NCBI RefSeq assembly: GCF_964204645.1
Contig: NC_134031.1
Span: 14,061,807 to 14,125,806, forward strand
Direction: 5' to 3'
Origin: Tubulanus polymorphus
Lineage: Eukaryota; Animalia; Nemertea
DNA length: 64,000 bases
The stretch's first letter is position 1. Each line of letters starts with the position of its first letter. The notes under the pieces were generated by a model. It had not been told where the DNA came from. It saw nothing but the letters and a program-made list of their open reading frames with translations, and made no database searches. Made by a program: the position numbers and the translations under genes. Of this stretch, positions 51,527-64,000 are shown piece by piece.

Positions 51527-53803
51527 TAGATAGATAGTTTATTCTTAATCAAAGTGTATACTACACTTGTATGACAGATAATCAAAATTACAAATCTTAA
51601 CAAAATAATTTAGTCAAAATTACATCTTGAAAAAACAGAAATATTTAGTTGATGGGGTAGCTATATTTACTCGGTTTGGTCGCCTCGAAGCATTTTCTGT
51701 CTACTGAACATTGAAATCAAATATCTTCCAACAGATCTAAGTTTTCCGATTGAATTAGTAGTTAGAAGTTGAATAAAATTTGCCATGCTAGGATGTGTTC
51801 TAAAATAACGAGGTAAGAGATTACTTCGAAGCGAGTTGTATGAGGGGCAGGACATGAGAACGTGATATTCGTCCTCAATTTCGTCAGTGGAGCAAGTTGT
51901 ACAAGTGCGGTTTTCTCTCGGCGTTAAGGGCCTGGTCCATCTACCTGTTTCAATCCTAAGATCGTGACTGCCGCATCTAAATTTAGAGATAAGGTTAACT
52001 ATTTTTGTGTCATTAATGTCAAGGTATCGTTCGTATACGAAACTTCCGTTGAAATATCTATAAAGATTGCACTTAGGGCTACGTTCTAAAGCCGCCCTCC
52101 ACGACTGAATGTAATGGTCTTTCAACCTTTGTTCGACGAGTTTTAAAAAGAATCGATCATTTTGAACTTCTTGCGCTAGCCAATAATTGCCGACACCTAG
52201 GCCGTTAAGGAAGTCACGCATTTTTGAGGCCCAGTTACAGGTGCGCGGGCTGTTCTGAATATCACCATAAAGCAGATTGTAAGTTTGGCGTAAAAGTGTG
52301 TTCTCCTCTGACCGCAGAATTTTTAACCAAAACTTTGCTACAGAGATTTGTATATCTATAGACAGAGGGAAACAGCCTAGTTCACCGTAGACCATTACAT
52401 TCGGTGTCGTGGCGCGCACATTGAGTATGTATTTACAGAATTTGACATGAACGGATTCTATATTTCTAACATTTTCCAATGCCCAGATTGGGCTACCATA
52501 CATTAATACTGATTTCACTAATGAATCAAAGATATCAAGCTTGGTTTTAGGTGAAATGAGTCTCGCGTTTAGCAAATACTTCTTGAGTCCAAAGCAAGCT
52601 CTTGTACCTTGATCGGCCTGCGACTTGATTGCAGCAGACATTTTGCCGTTATTTGACATAGTAATGCCAAGGTACTGAAAGGTTGACACCTCTTCCAGTA
52701 GGACATTGTTATAAAAACATAAAAGGGGGTTACGGTTATTTCTACGGTACCCAATTTTCATTGTCTTTGTCTTATCAGAATTCACAGATAGTTTCATCTT
52801 TTTACAATAATCATGCAGAATATCAAGCGCACCCTGCAATTCTCCGGGCGATTGGGCTAGAATGACGGTATCATCGGCGTAAAGCAAGACATATAGTTTG
52901 AATAAATTAAAGTCAATGCCTGAATGGCCATTGTTTATAAAAAATTCTTCATGTCATTAATATAGATATTGAAAAGTACAGGCGAGATACAGTCGCCTTG
53001 CCTTACGCCGACGGTGCAGTCAAAAAAGCTAGATATGAACCCATTGTTTTTGACACATGATTCACTGTTAGCATACATAGATTTAATTATGTCATAAACT
53101 TTGCCAGTGATACCAGCTTCCAGGATCTTTTTCCAGAGAATGTCGTGGTTCAAATAATCGAAGGCCTTAGAAAAATCTACGAATGCCATACACGCATTTT
53201 TCATTTTCTTCGTTATACAGTGATCGATGATTGAAGACAATACAAAGGATTGATTTATAGTACCATTATTTGGCCTAAAACCGGCCTGTGCATTATTTAA
53301 TACTTGGTGTGCCTCTAACCATTGTATAATGCGTGTATTCAGAATAATTGAAAATATTTTTCCGAAGCAGCTCAAGACGGTGATACCTCTATAATTGTTT
53401 GGGTCGGAAGTCATCCCTTTCTTATGAATGGGTGCAATGCAGCCACTGCTCCAATTTTGTGGGTAAATACCTGATTGAAGGATGACATTGAAAAAAATGG
53501 TCAGCACAGGTGTTAGGGTTTCAGAGGCAGTTATAAGCATTTCTGGTAGGATATTATCAAGACCCGGTGATTTGCCTTTTTTAGATTTCTTATCGCTCTT
53601 ATAACTTCATCTCTAGTTATGGGGATGTCTAGATCGTGAGGCATATTAATAGCTTCCGTATCATTTTCATTAAGCAAAAGATCAGGATCAATGTCATCGT
53701 TTGATTCAGATTGAATTATTCCGCGAAAAAAAGTTTCGATACAATTCTCATTCTTAGGATACGAATCGGTTGATTGAATTCGGTCATTTAAACTACTGGC
53801 TAA
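51527..53803 (-). mobile_element. 5'-truncated RTE-X-like LINE with TSD
   Basis: RT motifs GVRQGDCISPVLF and LYADD, C-terminal CCHC. AATAAA then a (CTAT)n tail at 51527-51543. 11-bp TSD tttac(t/a)gtggt at 51516-51526 and 53804-53814. Frameshifts near 52930 and 53590. Confidence 0.92.
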
Positions 53804-56550
53804 TTTACAGTGGTCACTATTGAAACGATTAATTGAAGTGCCCTTGAAATCAAGATAGATTCCTGTTGCGTAAATTAACTAATTTTCAAGCGACCAACTT
53901 CTATTGTCGGTATTCGGTTAGCTCTTGGTTAGCCAGAAGTTTTACCATAAAGACTCAGACTAGATGATTGAATTAAATCTTTGAATCAAAATATTGTCAC
54001 TGGAGTAAATATATATTTTACCTAGGGGATTTCTACCTACAACCATCTAAAATGCCCCAGGCCCTAAATCCAGTAGGTTTATGGCGAAAGGTTAAGATTA
54101 GGAATGTATTAGCAATATAATCTTTTGAAACAGTATTTTGTCTCCCGATGATTTGATTTGCAGGTCAGACTTATTGTTGTCCAAAGTTCTTAAAGTGAAT
54201 TGCTTTAAAGTAATAAGTATCAATGAAACAATATCATAAATTCTGAAGTGAGTTATTTTGTAATAATCCAATTTAAGTGCACTCCGATGCATGCTAAATT
54301 CTTATAAATTCATTTATAAATTTAATTTATACATTTTCCCTCCTCACTTATTCCTTCTATATTAGTTTTACTAATGAACATAACAGTGGCTTCTGCCTAA
54401 TGTCAATAAGCAGCGATTGGGTGCCGCCTCTCTGTGTTAATCTATCACGAAAGATTTAACTCGATTAGAGCCGCTGAAAACGTATTTCTTTGCAGCCATG
54501 AGTTTATGCATACATGTTCTAAATCCGTCGATACGCCCCGCATTCTTTCCATCAGTTCTTCGCAACTCGTTAATAGCTCGTACAGATGTCGTAGCTGCAC
54601 ATCGTGACTTTGTCGGTAGAATAATTTTCTGTTTCGATACACTCATTACACAGGAAAATAAAGCTGGCGAGCGTCCTTTGGTCACCCAGCGAGCACTTGA
54701 AATACTCGGTAACCGCGTCAAAGGGCGTGAAATCGTAATTGTTACCCAAACACGAGTGTTCTCGCTGCAAAAAACGACCATTTATACAGCAGAATCGACG
54801 TACGCGCGAATGCCTTCTTCCGTCCTCGCCTCGGGGTAGTAAAAAGTGTTCATATTTTTCTCAAGTTGCACGCGGGCTTCGACGATCGGCGTGGCGTGGC
54901 GTTACAGATTCATTTTTCAGAACGAACGATGTGTTATAATCCTTGTTGGCAAGCGCATCATTAGAAATGCCTGCACGATCGAGCCACAGGTATATTCTTG
55001 CGCGCGTCAAATCGTCCACCGATCACGTAAAGGAGGTGATTGGCGACGAAATGGGGGCGCGCTCTTTATAAGCAGAAAGCAGCTTTAATCATCGCCAAAT
55101 AAAACCGAAAACTATATCGAACCGACTGCGAAGCAGCGGAGTAGGGCGCCTAACAGCAGATATTGAATTAGCGGGTGAGTAGTTGTTACCTTATTTTCTT
55201 AACTCAAAACTTGATCCTGACGATCAGCCCAACAAAGCAGGTTCTCCCAAATGCGGTCGACATTTTCTACAGTCAACTCTTCGTTTGACAATGACAAAAT
55301 AATGTCGTAAATTTTCTCAGTAGTCCACGAAAAGCAGGGGCTAGGGACAGGCTGCTTCTCCAAAATGAGCACCTAAGGACAGGTTCCAATGGAAAATTTA
55401 AGACAGGTGTGCCCAAAGACCCACCCAACAATCGGCCGCTGCAGACATATCAACCGCTGATGGTTTGCCCACAAAAATGGAGTTACGGAGAGGTCTATGG
55501 GTAGCTCTATGTCGAATGGACTGTAATTACCTATAGGTGAACCAGGTGTCACCGAACAACAGCACGAAAAACTTGAGCCGCTGGAACAGGTCGAACCAGC
55601 CGATGAAAGCGGCCGTGTGTATGGCTCACTTGTCTGTATCGAGCTATACCCGTTCGAATCCGTACCTGAAGGACTTAAGGTCGGGAAAGGGAACGCTGAA
55701 AGTGGGCACGTGCACTTAATTTGGTCCTGAAAAAGAGCTGACGTTGGACACGCACAATACAAACAGCCATCCGAAAAATCAAAGTCGGACGACCGACAAT
55801 TCATCCTAGTACTGGCCCCAAAGGGTGACTGTGCAGCAGGAGCTGCAGGTGACAAGCGAACAGTAACGAGACACCTTTTCCGGGGTGGGGCACCCTAATA
55901 GCCAGTGCTCTGAAGTTTATTTGTACACCGAACTGGTATCAGCCCCGTCATTAACACACAATAGATGAATATCAAAAGAAATACGTAATATGTGAAACGG
56001 TATTATAAATAGCACTGTTAAATTCCAGATCACTGAAAGTAACTGTAAACACGTTGACCTGTCACCTAACGATACGTCGTGATCAGGGATAGCGCATAAA
56101 CTAAAATCCCCTTAATCCCAGGTAGACGTATAAGGCAACCTGCTGGGTTGAGGGTTGGAATCCCTCGGTTGCTGTTCAACAGTTCCGTCGGTGGTAGTAC
56201 CCTTGGTGCTGAGTGGTTTCGAATCCCACAGTGGCTCCCTTAAAGGATTTGTGACACCTAAATTATTTCTGCGGTTTTAGTTAGTATGAATAAAATTATT
56301 ACCGACAATATTTACGAAAATTAGAAGCAATGAACGTGCAATGAACGTTTATATGGTTTTGAGAGCGATTTTGATGGAAAATCTCGCACAACAGTTGAAG
56401 CGCGCATCTTCGGGCATTTCCGTCAAACATCGGTGATGATGACGTATAACCGAGAAGACGAACGCGGAAGTGGCTCATTGTACAACGAAGGATTGACTAG
56501 CGCGGACGATATATTATTCGATTATTCTGTTTTTTCTAAGTTTTTCGATC

Positions 56551-59500
56551 ATGCCTCGTCGTTGTATTTACTACAATTGTAGTTAAAGTAATCGCTCTTT
56601 GTTCTGGTGGCCACGGGATACGGTTATTGCGCGTAAATGGACCGCATTTGTGAGCAGAAAGAGAGCACAATGGAAGCCCTCATCCACGAGTGTATTGTGT
56701 GGGAGGCACTTCACCAACGATTCATTTACGAACTATTCAATGTTTACTTCAGGATTCGCGACTAAGTAAGTCTTTTAACATTCAATATTTAAAATAAAAG
56801 CAGTATTGCTATCTCATTCTTTTCATCAGGTCAGGTTAAAAAGTGTTTCAGTACACGGAAACTGGGTCAGGTCCTTTCTTTGTTCATTGCTTCGTTTAGA
56901 CATGTTTTCTGACTAACTGGTCTAGTAACTGCCTTCCCGACTCATTAATTGATGTATCATGGCTGGTTTTACAAGCTGCTCATATTGATTGCCTGAGGAC
57001 TAAATGGACCTCCTGACTCGATGTTAGGTCTACACTTAAAACCTTGAAGCCTAATCTAGTATGCAAGTATAACTATCATATTTTGAATTCCATTTAGATT
57101 ACATTTGAAGCCAGATGCCATCCCTACCATTCACATAAATGACGACGATGATAACAGTCAATCAGATACCACTAAAAGACCAACGTACGCAAAACGAAAA
57201 AGAAAAGAGTTGGTGGAAACTTTAGTAGCTGATACAGTATCTAACGAAGAGTTACAGCCTTCTACATCAACCGCTGAAACGTCATACAGTCCGACAGCTG
57301 ATACATCAACCAGTCCAACATCATCACCAGATAGGCCTCCCAAGTTTGTCGAAAAATCGTCACAGAAAGATATTGAAGCAGAAACCAAAGGTAAATTTCA
57401 CTATATCATAAAAAATTCATGCTACAATAATTTTCTGGCATTCCATTTATATTTTCAACCTGATTTTTAGAAATTATGTTGTGAAAAAGTCTGTAGGTTA
57501 TCTGAGAATAATTGGCGTATTGTTAATCGATGTTTTATTTGTGTCATTAAAGGTAATCAAACGCTTGCATGGAGACCGAAATGTAATCGACGACACTATC
57601 CGAGTCAGGGTAAATTAACAAGGAAGAAAACAACTGGCACACAAATGACCCCTAAAAAGTTTAAGCCTTCGTATGATAGCACCGATACCGACGTATCCAG
57701 CGATGACGAATACTTCGACGATGATCCCGATTATGATCCAGGTGAAGATCCTAATGGATCATCTTCAACTGAATTTGACGATGAATGTAGCTCTTCAGTA
57801 TTCGATGAAATGAGGTAGGATTTTAATTTTCCTACAGTGTTTTTTTACAACACTTATATCATAACTATGATAAGTATAATTTTTTTCAGGGATGACGCAG
57901 AAGTGCCATTACAAAAGAGGTCAAAATTCATTGTTGACCAATCTGCATTGCTGGAACTGTTTGTGTTTTGCATTTTGTGTCGTGGGAAAAACACTGTCCT
58001 TCGCAGAGTAATTTCTACCCAGCTCACCGTGAAGACGAAGTGTCAGCAGTGTCACCATGAAACCAAATGGCAAAGTGAACCATGTGTAAAGCGTATCCCA
58101 ATAACCGGTCTGTTATTAAGTTCACTGATAGTGCTGACTGGAAATCTCACCTCAAAAGTTATACGACTGCTCAGGTAAGAAAAAGAAAATCAAGCATTCA
58201 GTAAAAGGTTTACATCTTGATCGCTTTATAATATGGATAATTATCATTATTGGATTATCTGCTTATAGGTTGGCAGGTATCCAGTGCATGAGTACAAGAA
58301 CTGCGTTTCGGCACCAAGCACAGTTTGTACATAAGGCAGTGTACTCTGTTTGGAAATCAAGTCGTCAGTCTTTACTCGACAGCCTCAAAGGATCAGCACT
58401 TCTCATTGGGGGGATGCTAGGTGTGACAGCCCAGGACACTCTGCAAAATATTGTACATATTCGATAATGGACCTGAAAAGTAATAAGATAATTTCATCAG
58501 AACTGATACAGGTGTGGTATATCATTTGAAATTTTAGTCCTTTATAATAATATTAGTTCTTACTTATAAGAATATAATCTTATTATTCATTTAGTCAAAT
58601 GAGGTAACGTCATCAAACGCTATGGAAATAGAAGGTCTGAAACGTGCTGCAGAACGATTGAAGACATACGAAATCACAGCTTTCATTAGCGATATGCACC
58701 CTTCAGTGCATAAGTGGGCTCGAGACACCTGGAAAGTATCTCATTACTTTGATACCTGGCATTGTGTGAAGGGTAAGTCAATTATCAAATCAGAATCCTG
58801 TTATAACATCCCGCTCTACTTTGAATCAATATCAATTTCACTTGGTGTTAACTCATTCTGGTATGAGAGCAACAGACATTTATTTTCTGTGTAATATTAT
58901 GTTTTGCAGCAGTGATTAAGAAACTCGAGAAACTCAGTAAAAAGAAAGGTCTCGAAGATATCCAAGCTTGGATACAAAGTATCCGAGTTCACCTGTATTG
59001 GTGCGCTATGTCGTCGAAACCTGGGGACCATGAGGATATAAAACGAAAGTGGGAAACCTGTTTGGAACATATTTCAAACAATCATGAAAACTGTATGCAT
59101 GGAGATTATGAAAAGAAAAAAAAATGGATATTACCAGGTATCTATGATAACCAAAAGTCTTCATAAGCTATTGACTTGATACATGGGTGATTAGTTGCAT
59201 TTTACATGTACATATTATATTTCGTCATTTTTCTAGATACATATGCCGCAAGTGAGCTCAACATTCGTCTAATAAATTAGTGTCTTTACAAATTGGATCT
59301 GTGATATTTCTTTAATTTCCATAAACCTAAAGTGCGTGGGACATGAACCTGAGACTTATAAATCCTTCGTGGCTTTGTTTTGGTTCCAACTCGCTAGTGT
59401 TGCCATCTTTTGGTTTTTATTTTAACTTACTACATCTGTATGATTTCAAACCAGGCGATATGGAATAAATAAAATATTCAGATAATATTGTCACATAAAA

Positions 59501-60014
59501 TATGAAAAATGATTTCATTTTTAGGATGTGCACAGCAATCTTGCATTACAACGAAAATAGCGGCAGACTTCAAGCTAAAACTAAAGATGGGAATGAGCGT
59601 TTCACTGTATTTTATCCAAAACACAAAGATGGTCACACGCTTCGTAGAATATTGACCAAAGCAACATATGGTAGGTCACAATTGGATGCATATTAGAACC
59701 CTTTGATCATCGATAGTTTATAAACATATCATTGAAGCCTGTCTATAATTGAAAGCGGATCCTCATTTGCTTCATCAAATATCTTTTTAGGTTATGTCGA
59801 TGAATGCGTTGTTGCAGCAATAAAGATTGCAAACAAGGAAGTCGAAGTGAGTGATTACTGTACTCCTCCACCTCATTTGAGTTCTCAAAAAGTGAAAGTA
59901 ACCAAGGAAGAAGCCATAAACCAGCATTTGTCTCGCTTCAAGAAAGTTACAGAAATCGTGCAATCGAAGCCTCAATCCTCAGGACCAACACAGCAACAGA
60001 AGAGAAAAAGATAA
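56551..60014 (+). pseudogene. Multi-exon THAP + Kolobok DDE transposase
   Basis: THAP: MPRRC...C..WP..W..LCGRHF..LKPDAIPT. Core: DARCDSPGHSAKYC, MEIEGL, ISDMHPSV, HYFDTWH, HLYWC, AILHYNEN. GT-AG introns; in-frame TAA at ~56584 and a frameshift at ~58410. Confidence 0.88.
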
Positions 60015-60124
60015 AACAATAAACTGTAATCAAGATAACGATTAATGAAAAACTAATTCCTGAAATAATTTGTCCGTTTTATTTAATAAAGATACTTATA
60101 TTATTATTTACACACATAATTCAC

Positions 60125-61225
60125 TTAGTCGTCCAGTTTTGGCAGCCTGAATCCTATATAAATGGCGAATTCTTCATCACCGTCTTTCGGAAAGTGTGCC
60201 CGGATGCACGAAACAACACAAGATGGCAAAATAACCCTTATCTTAGGTCCACAGAATCCCCAGCACCAACGAACAAACTGGCGATACGCAATATGTCTGT
60301 ATTTATCATTGGTCTGGCCTTCAAATGCTCTTCTGCCGTATTGGTTTCTATAACCACTCCAGGCTGTTTGAAGAACCCAGACATGTAGGCACACCCCCTT
60401 AAATCCATCGGTGTCAGTGATGCAGTTGTATTCCCCGGAATCGTATCCTTCGAGTTCTCGAATTTTCCCGGCAACAACATCTATCTCACTGCAACACACA
60501 CATTCCGGTTCTGTTGTTAGAATTTGACAATGGGTGCATGTACACCTGTGAAAATAAATTAAAACATTCCATCAAGACATGAAAGGTGGATCTAATTATT
60601 TCTCGTCTGGGTCTAACTGCAGTTTGGGTCACCTTTCCACTGTGTGACGCTAGTTGTTAACGTAAGGTTAGGTACATAACCATTAGGGACACCTAAACTG
60701 CAGTCACTCCCTGGTCTGGAATGAGATATCGGGTAGGCTTTCTAGCAGTCTCTGATTGCCGTTTTAGATGGCTTAGTTAGTTTATACTGAATTCCTTAGA
60801 TACCGGCTGTACAAAAAAAAACTACAAAAGACTATAGAAAGCCTTCTGTTTTACTATTGGTTGACGGATGAATTTAATAACCGAATCCACCATTATCCTT
60901 AGATTGTGTCGCCCCATACTTTGTTAACAACAATAGAAATCCCTTACCATTCATTGAACCGATGAACATCTAATCTAGAGATTCTATCCGGTCTATTGTC
61001 CGGTCTAGCGCCGTCTTCGTCATCGTCTGATGCATCAGGCTCGTACAAATACGGCGGCTCTGCAGCATTAAAAACGTCCATATCGGGCCCCATTTCGCCC
61101 ACCTCAATTTCAGATGATAGTGCACTTTCATCTGAGAATTCTCTTTCGCTTATATTTTCGCTCACTTCGCTAGATGAGGATGAATTGTCGGAGGAATAAT
61201 CACTGCATTCTCTATTGTCGGCCAT
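60125..61225 (-). CDS. KolX accessory protein (P2X7 cytoplasmic ballast-like domain), 2 exons
   Basis: join(61225..60948,60545..60125) gives an open 232-aa frame: acidic N-terminus, PYLYEP, WCTCTHC..ECVCC.E, CIT..F..VCL, RHIAYRQFVRWCWG..RVILPSCVV..IR..FP. Confidence 0.9.
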
Positions 61226-62483
61226 TTTGTTTCTGTTTGTTGTTCTCGGTTATACGTCATTCGATGACGTCATTGCCAACGCACGTGGCAATGTAGTCAA
61301 ATGTAAACAAATCATCGGAATTTCTATTAAAAGTCGTATTTAGACCAGTTAGCTAAACCGTAGAAATGTTTTATTGATATCAGTCCAATCTACGATGATT
61401 CATCTACCAAATTAATCATTAAGAATGCAAAACCTGACTTATGTGTCACAAATCCTTTAAGTGAGCTGTTACCTCCCAACTAGACTTGGGAACTGAGGCA
61501 AGCGTGTGCGTATTAAAAACCGTTGCCCCGCAGTGACCACACTTCAACCCAACCAACATGTATCAACAACAAAAACAGACAATCGTAATGATATCAACTA
61601 ATGGTTCCTATAAGTTCCCTGGTCTAAGAAAGTAACCGTCTGCGCCCTTATCACCAAAGAACAACTTGGCCGGGGTTCGCAAAATCGCGAAAGAAATGTG
61701 CCCAAAATTAGTCGAATTTTTCTGGCACTCTCACTGGCTTTACCCTTTACCGGCGTTCAAAAGTGTTCGAATCCCTTGAAGTGATTGAAACTGAGGCCTC
61801 ATGCTGTGTAGCAGTTGGGTTAGAATCACGCAAAGGCACATCAGGGACGGCCAAGGTCGGCAGTGGGTTCAAATCCCACAATGGCTCCCTATGCTCTTGT
61901 CCTTTGCTCAAATGTCCCTTTAGTTTCTATTGTATGTCTCTTGAGTGTCTGATCTCCCAAGACTGCGGGCCCCTTTTATAGAAAGAGTCGGCATTCTTGA
62001 AATTCCGAGTCTCCCACTCAACTTTTGCAAAGGAGCAGCAACCTAACTGTCGTGACTGTTTTTGTCGTATAGAATTTAGTCCTAATGATTCGCTGATCTA
62101 AAAATATTTCTAAAACTGATTTGCTAAACTAACTTTTCTTTTGCCAACCCTGCTGTCACGACGCGAAATGATTTACTCACTCCTTGCTTATCATCGTTGA
62201 AAGAACAGCCATTCTCTGCGAGTTACCAACAGACGTATACAACATGAGAAACTTTAGAGAGCTAGTGTTAACATTTAGCACAAATTAATTTAGCACAAAC
62301 TTAAACTTTAGCGATTATTAACATTTTGTTGTTAAATAACATCCAGACTACTCAAATTGTATATATTTTCAAAACTTTGTTTTCATCCAAATTAAGGTAC
62401 AAACTCATTGTTTCTTTTTCGACTTATTAATATTACTTATTCGGAAATACTTTGTGATTAATGATCAACCCTAAAATCATTAT

Positions 62484-63229
62484 CAGGGATGAGAACGCCG
62501 ACCTGTAAAATCCGCGGGTTATTTTTTTTGAGTGACATACGCGAACCAGCTGACGGCGTAGCCGTCAGCACTAGCGAGCGCCGAAGGCGCGAAGCTATTT
62601 CGGGGGGGTTTGGGATTGGGGGGTTTGGGGGTTTGGAAAATTTTAGAAATTAAATACGTTTTCCGAGCACTTAGAGCGATCTCGAACCCATGAACGACTA
62701 TTATATTTTGGAAGGTAATGGCTAGTTCCAATGTGGTACATCCTCATTTGATGACATTCAGCATCTCATGCATTACGGGTCGAGCCCTGAATTATTGCAG
62801 TAAAAATGCGCCGATGAATGCTCACTAAAAATCATCACCAAGTAGTGTATAATATCCGAAAGCGTTCGCCACACACACGCAGCAACAGTAAGTAGACCTA
62901 TATACGTTACTACTGTTGCTGTGCGTGCGTGTCTGCAACCGATCGATAAAATACATACAAACTCATCGTAGTACAAATGTACATACAAAATCACTGTGTT
63001 GCAATGAATATGCATTGAAATGCGATACTTTTACGTGACGATAAGTAAAACAGGCACTGAACGCTTTTACGGTTCACCTGATTACCGATCGCGCCGGACC
63101 AATTGAGTGAGATCATCACCCCCCCCCCCCCCATACTTTTACATCATTTTTGGACTATTTGGAAAATTGATATTTTTCAATACTGAAATCCGCGGGAAAC
63201 CGCGGATCCGCGGGGAATTCTCATCTCTG
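62484..63229. mobile_element. Non-autonomous hAT-like element with 6-bp TSD
   Basis: TIR CAGGGATGAGAA / TTCTCATCTCTG; CATTAT on both sides; subterminal CCGCGG repeats; gcgccgaaggcgc hairpin and G/C runs. Confidence 0.8.
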
Positions 63230-64000
63230 CATTATATAACTTTTTTTTAATTTTTCATCTATAATCCAACCAATTCTATGATGATACAGAATAATGCAAA
63301 ATAAAAATGTCTCCCTATAATTCCGTTTCCTCCTTTTATAGGAAGTAGCCGGGAGTATCAAAAAAGATACAGCGAGATCCCAGTTAACATGTGATGTCGG
63401 GCGTGTTGATGAGTCAGGATAACGACAAAGTCGGCTGTGGGTCGACCCGGGAAGCAGTGCCAACTTACCAAATACATTTTAAAAGTCTCAATTATGTTTT
63501 CTCGCACTAAAAAAACCAATATTCGGCAATGATTCAAATTCCAATAATTTAGAATGAAATATTGGTTCAATGTAAATGAATATATGCAAACGCTTTAAGT
63601 ACGTCGGTCCATCTGCGTAGTCGAGAACTTGCTTCACCGTCTGGTAGCGCCATCTGCACTCCACGCCGGCATCGATCACAAGAATCGCCATTTTGCTGCC
63701 TTTGTTGCCAATTTGAAAACTTCCATTCGTCGCTATTATCTATTATTTGTCGAAGTTATTTACATCACGACAGGTAAGATCAAAATACCATTTACTGTTT
63801 TAACGTAATTGTGTTGCACGTTGGCCAATAATTCGCAGTATTTCTGGTTTATTTCTATTTTATCTGCAATATTCAATAGAATCCCTTGCCGGTGATGGCT
63901 TTTCCTTTCTTGAAGGCCAAGTCATATTGGACTAAATGGCGACACATTAAACGATCAGTCGGAAATCATTTGAGAGATATTGATTTTCAGAAAAGGCTAC

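Larger units (their letters stand above)
56244..61456 (+). mobile_element. Kolobok DNA transposon, full length
   Basis: TTAA TSD (56240-56243, 61457-61460), perfect 14-bp TIR AGGATTTGTGACAC, convergent transposase and KolX genes. Confidence 0.95.

Noticed and set aside
56195-56240. tRNA gene (GGTTTCGAATCCC T-loop-like)
   Set aside because: No acceptor, D or anticodon stems found; the motif is repeated locally.
60125-61225. Host P2X7 receptor gene
   Set aside because: No P2X channel or ectodomain; it lies inside Kolobok TIRs, so it is KolX.

Overview
Repeat-saturated eukaryotic genomic DNA, most likely from a marine invertebrate (GT-AG introns, roughly 35% GC by eye, an animal-type TE repertoire). 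No intact host gene is recognisable; the window is a nested graveyard of mobile elements. In order: an RTE-X-like LINE 3' end; a Penelope-type remnant with a minimal hammerhead ribozyme; HINE/Helentron-type repeats; an internally deleted BEL/Pao LTR element (LTRs, PBS, 5-bp TSD); a TTAA-flanked piggyBac; a decayed Academ transposon split by a HINE; KDZ-like and pogo-like transposase relics; and an intron-containing Ulp1-protease pseudogene between two ~1 kb direct repeats. Next is a ~8.7 kb very AT-rich endogenous Polinton/adintovirus-like virus fragment (pPolB, capsid-like genes, several membrane proteins). After it come an EnSpm-type end, two more LINEs (one with ORF1 and ORF2 separated by a single in-frame TAG), a full-length Kolobok (THAP-DDE transposase plus intact KolX) and a non-autonomous hAT-like element with a 6-bp TSD. 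The most striking signal is in the viral fragment. Nine of its ten visible minus-strand ORF starts read TAAATG, the poxvirus intermediate/late initiator, and they fall into two positionally conserved upstream motif classes. This suggests a Polinton-like virus transcribed by a poxvirus/NCLDV-type helper machinery. All family assignments come from motif recognition by eye; no database searches were run.
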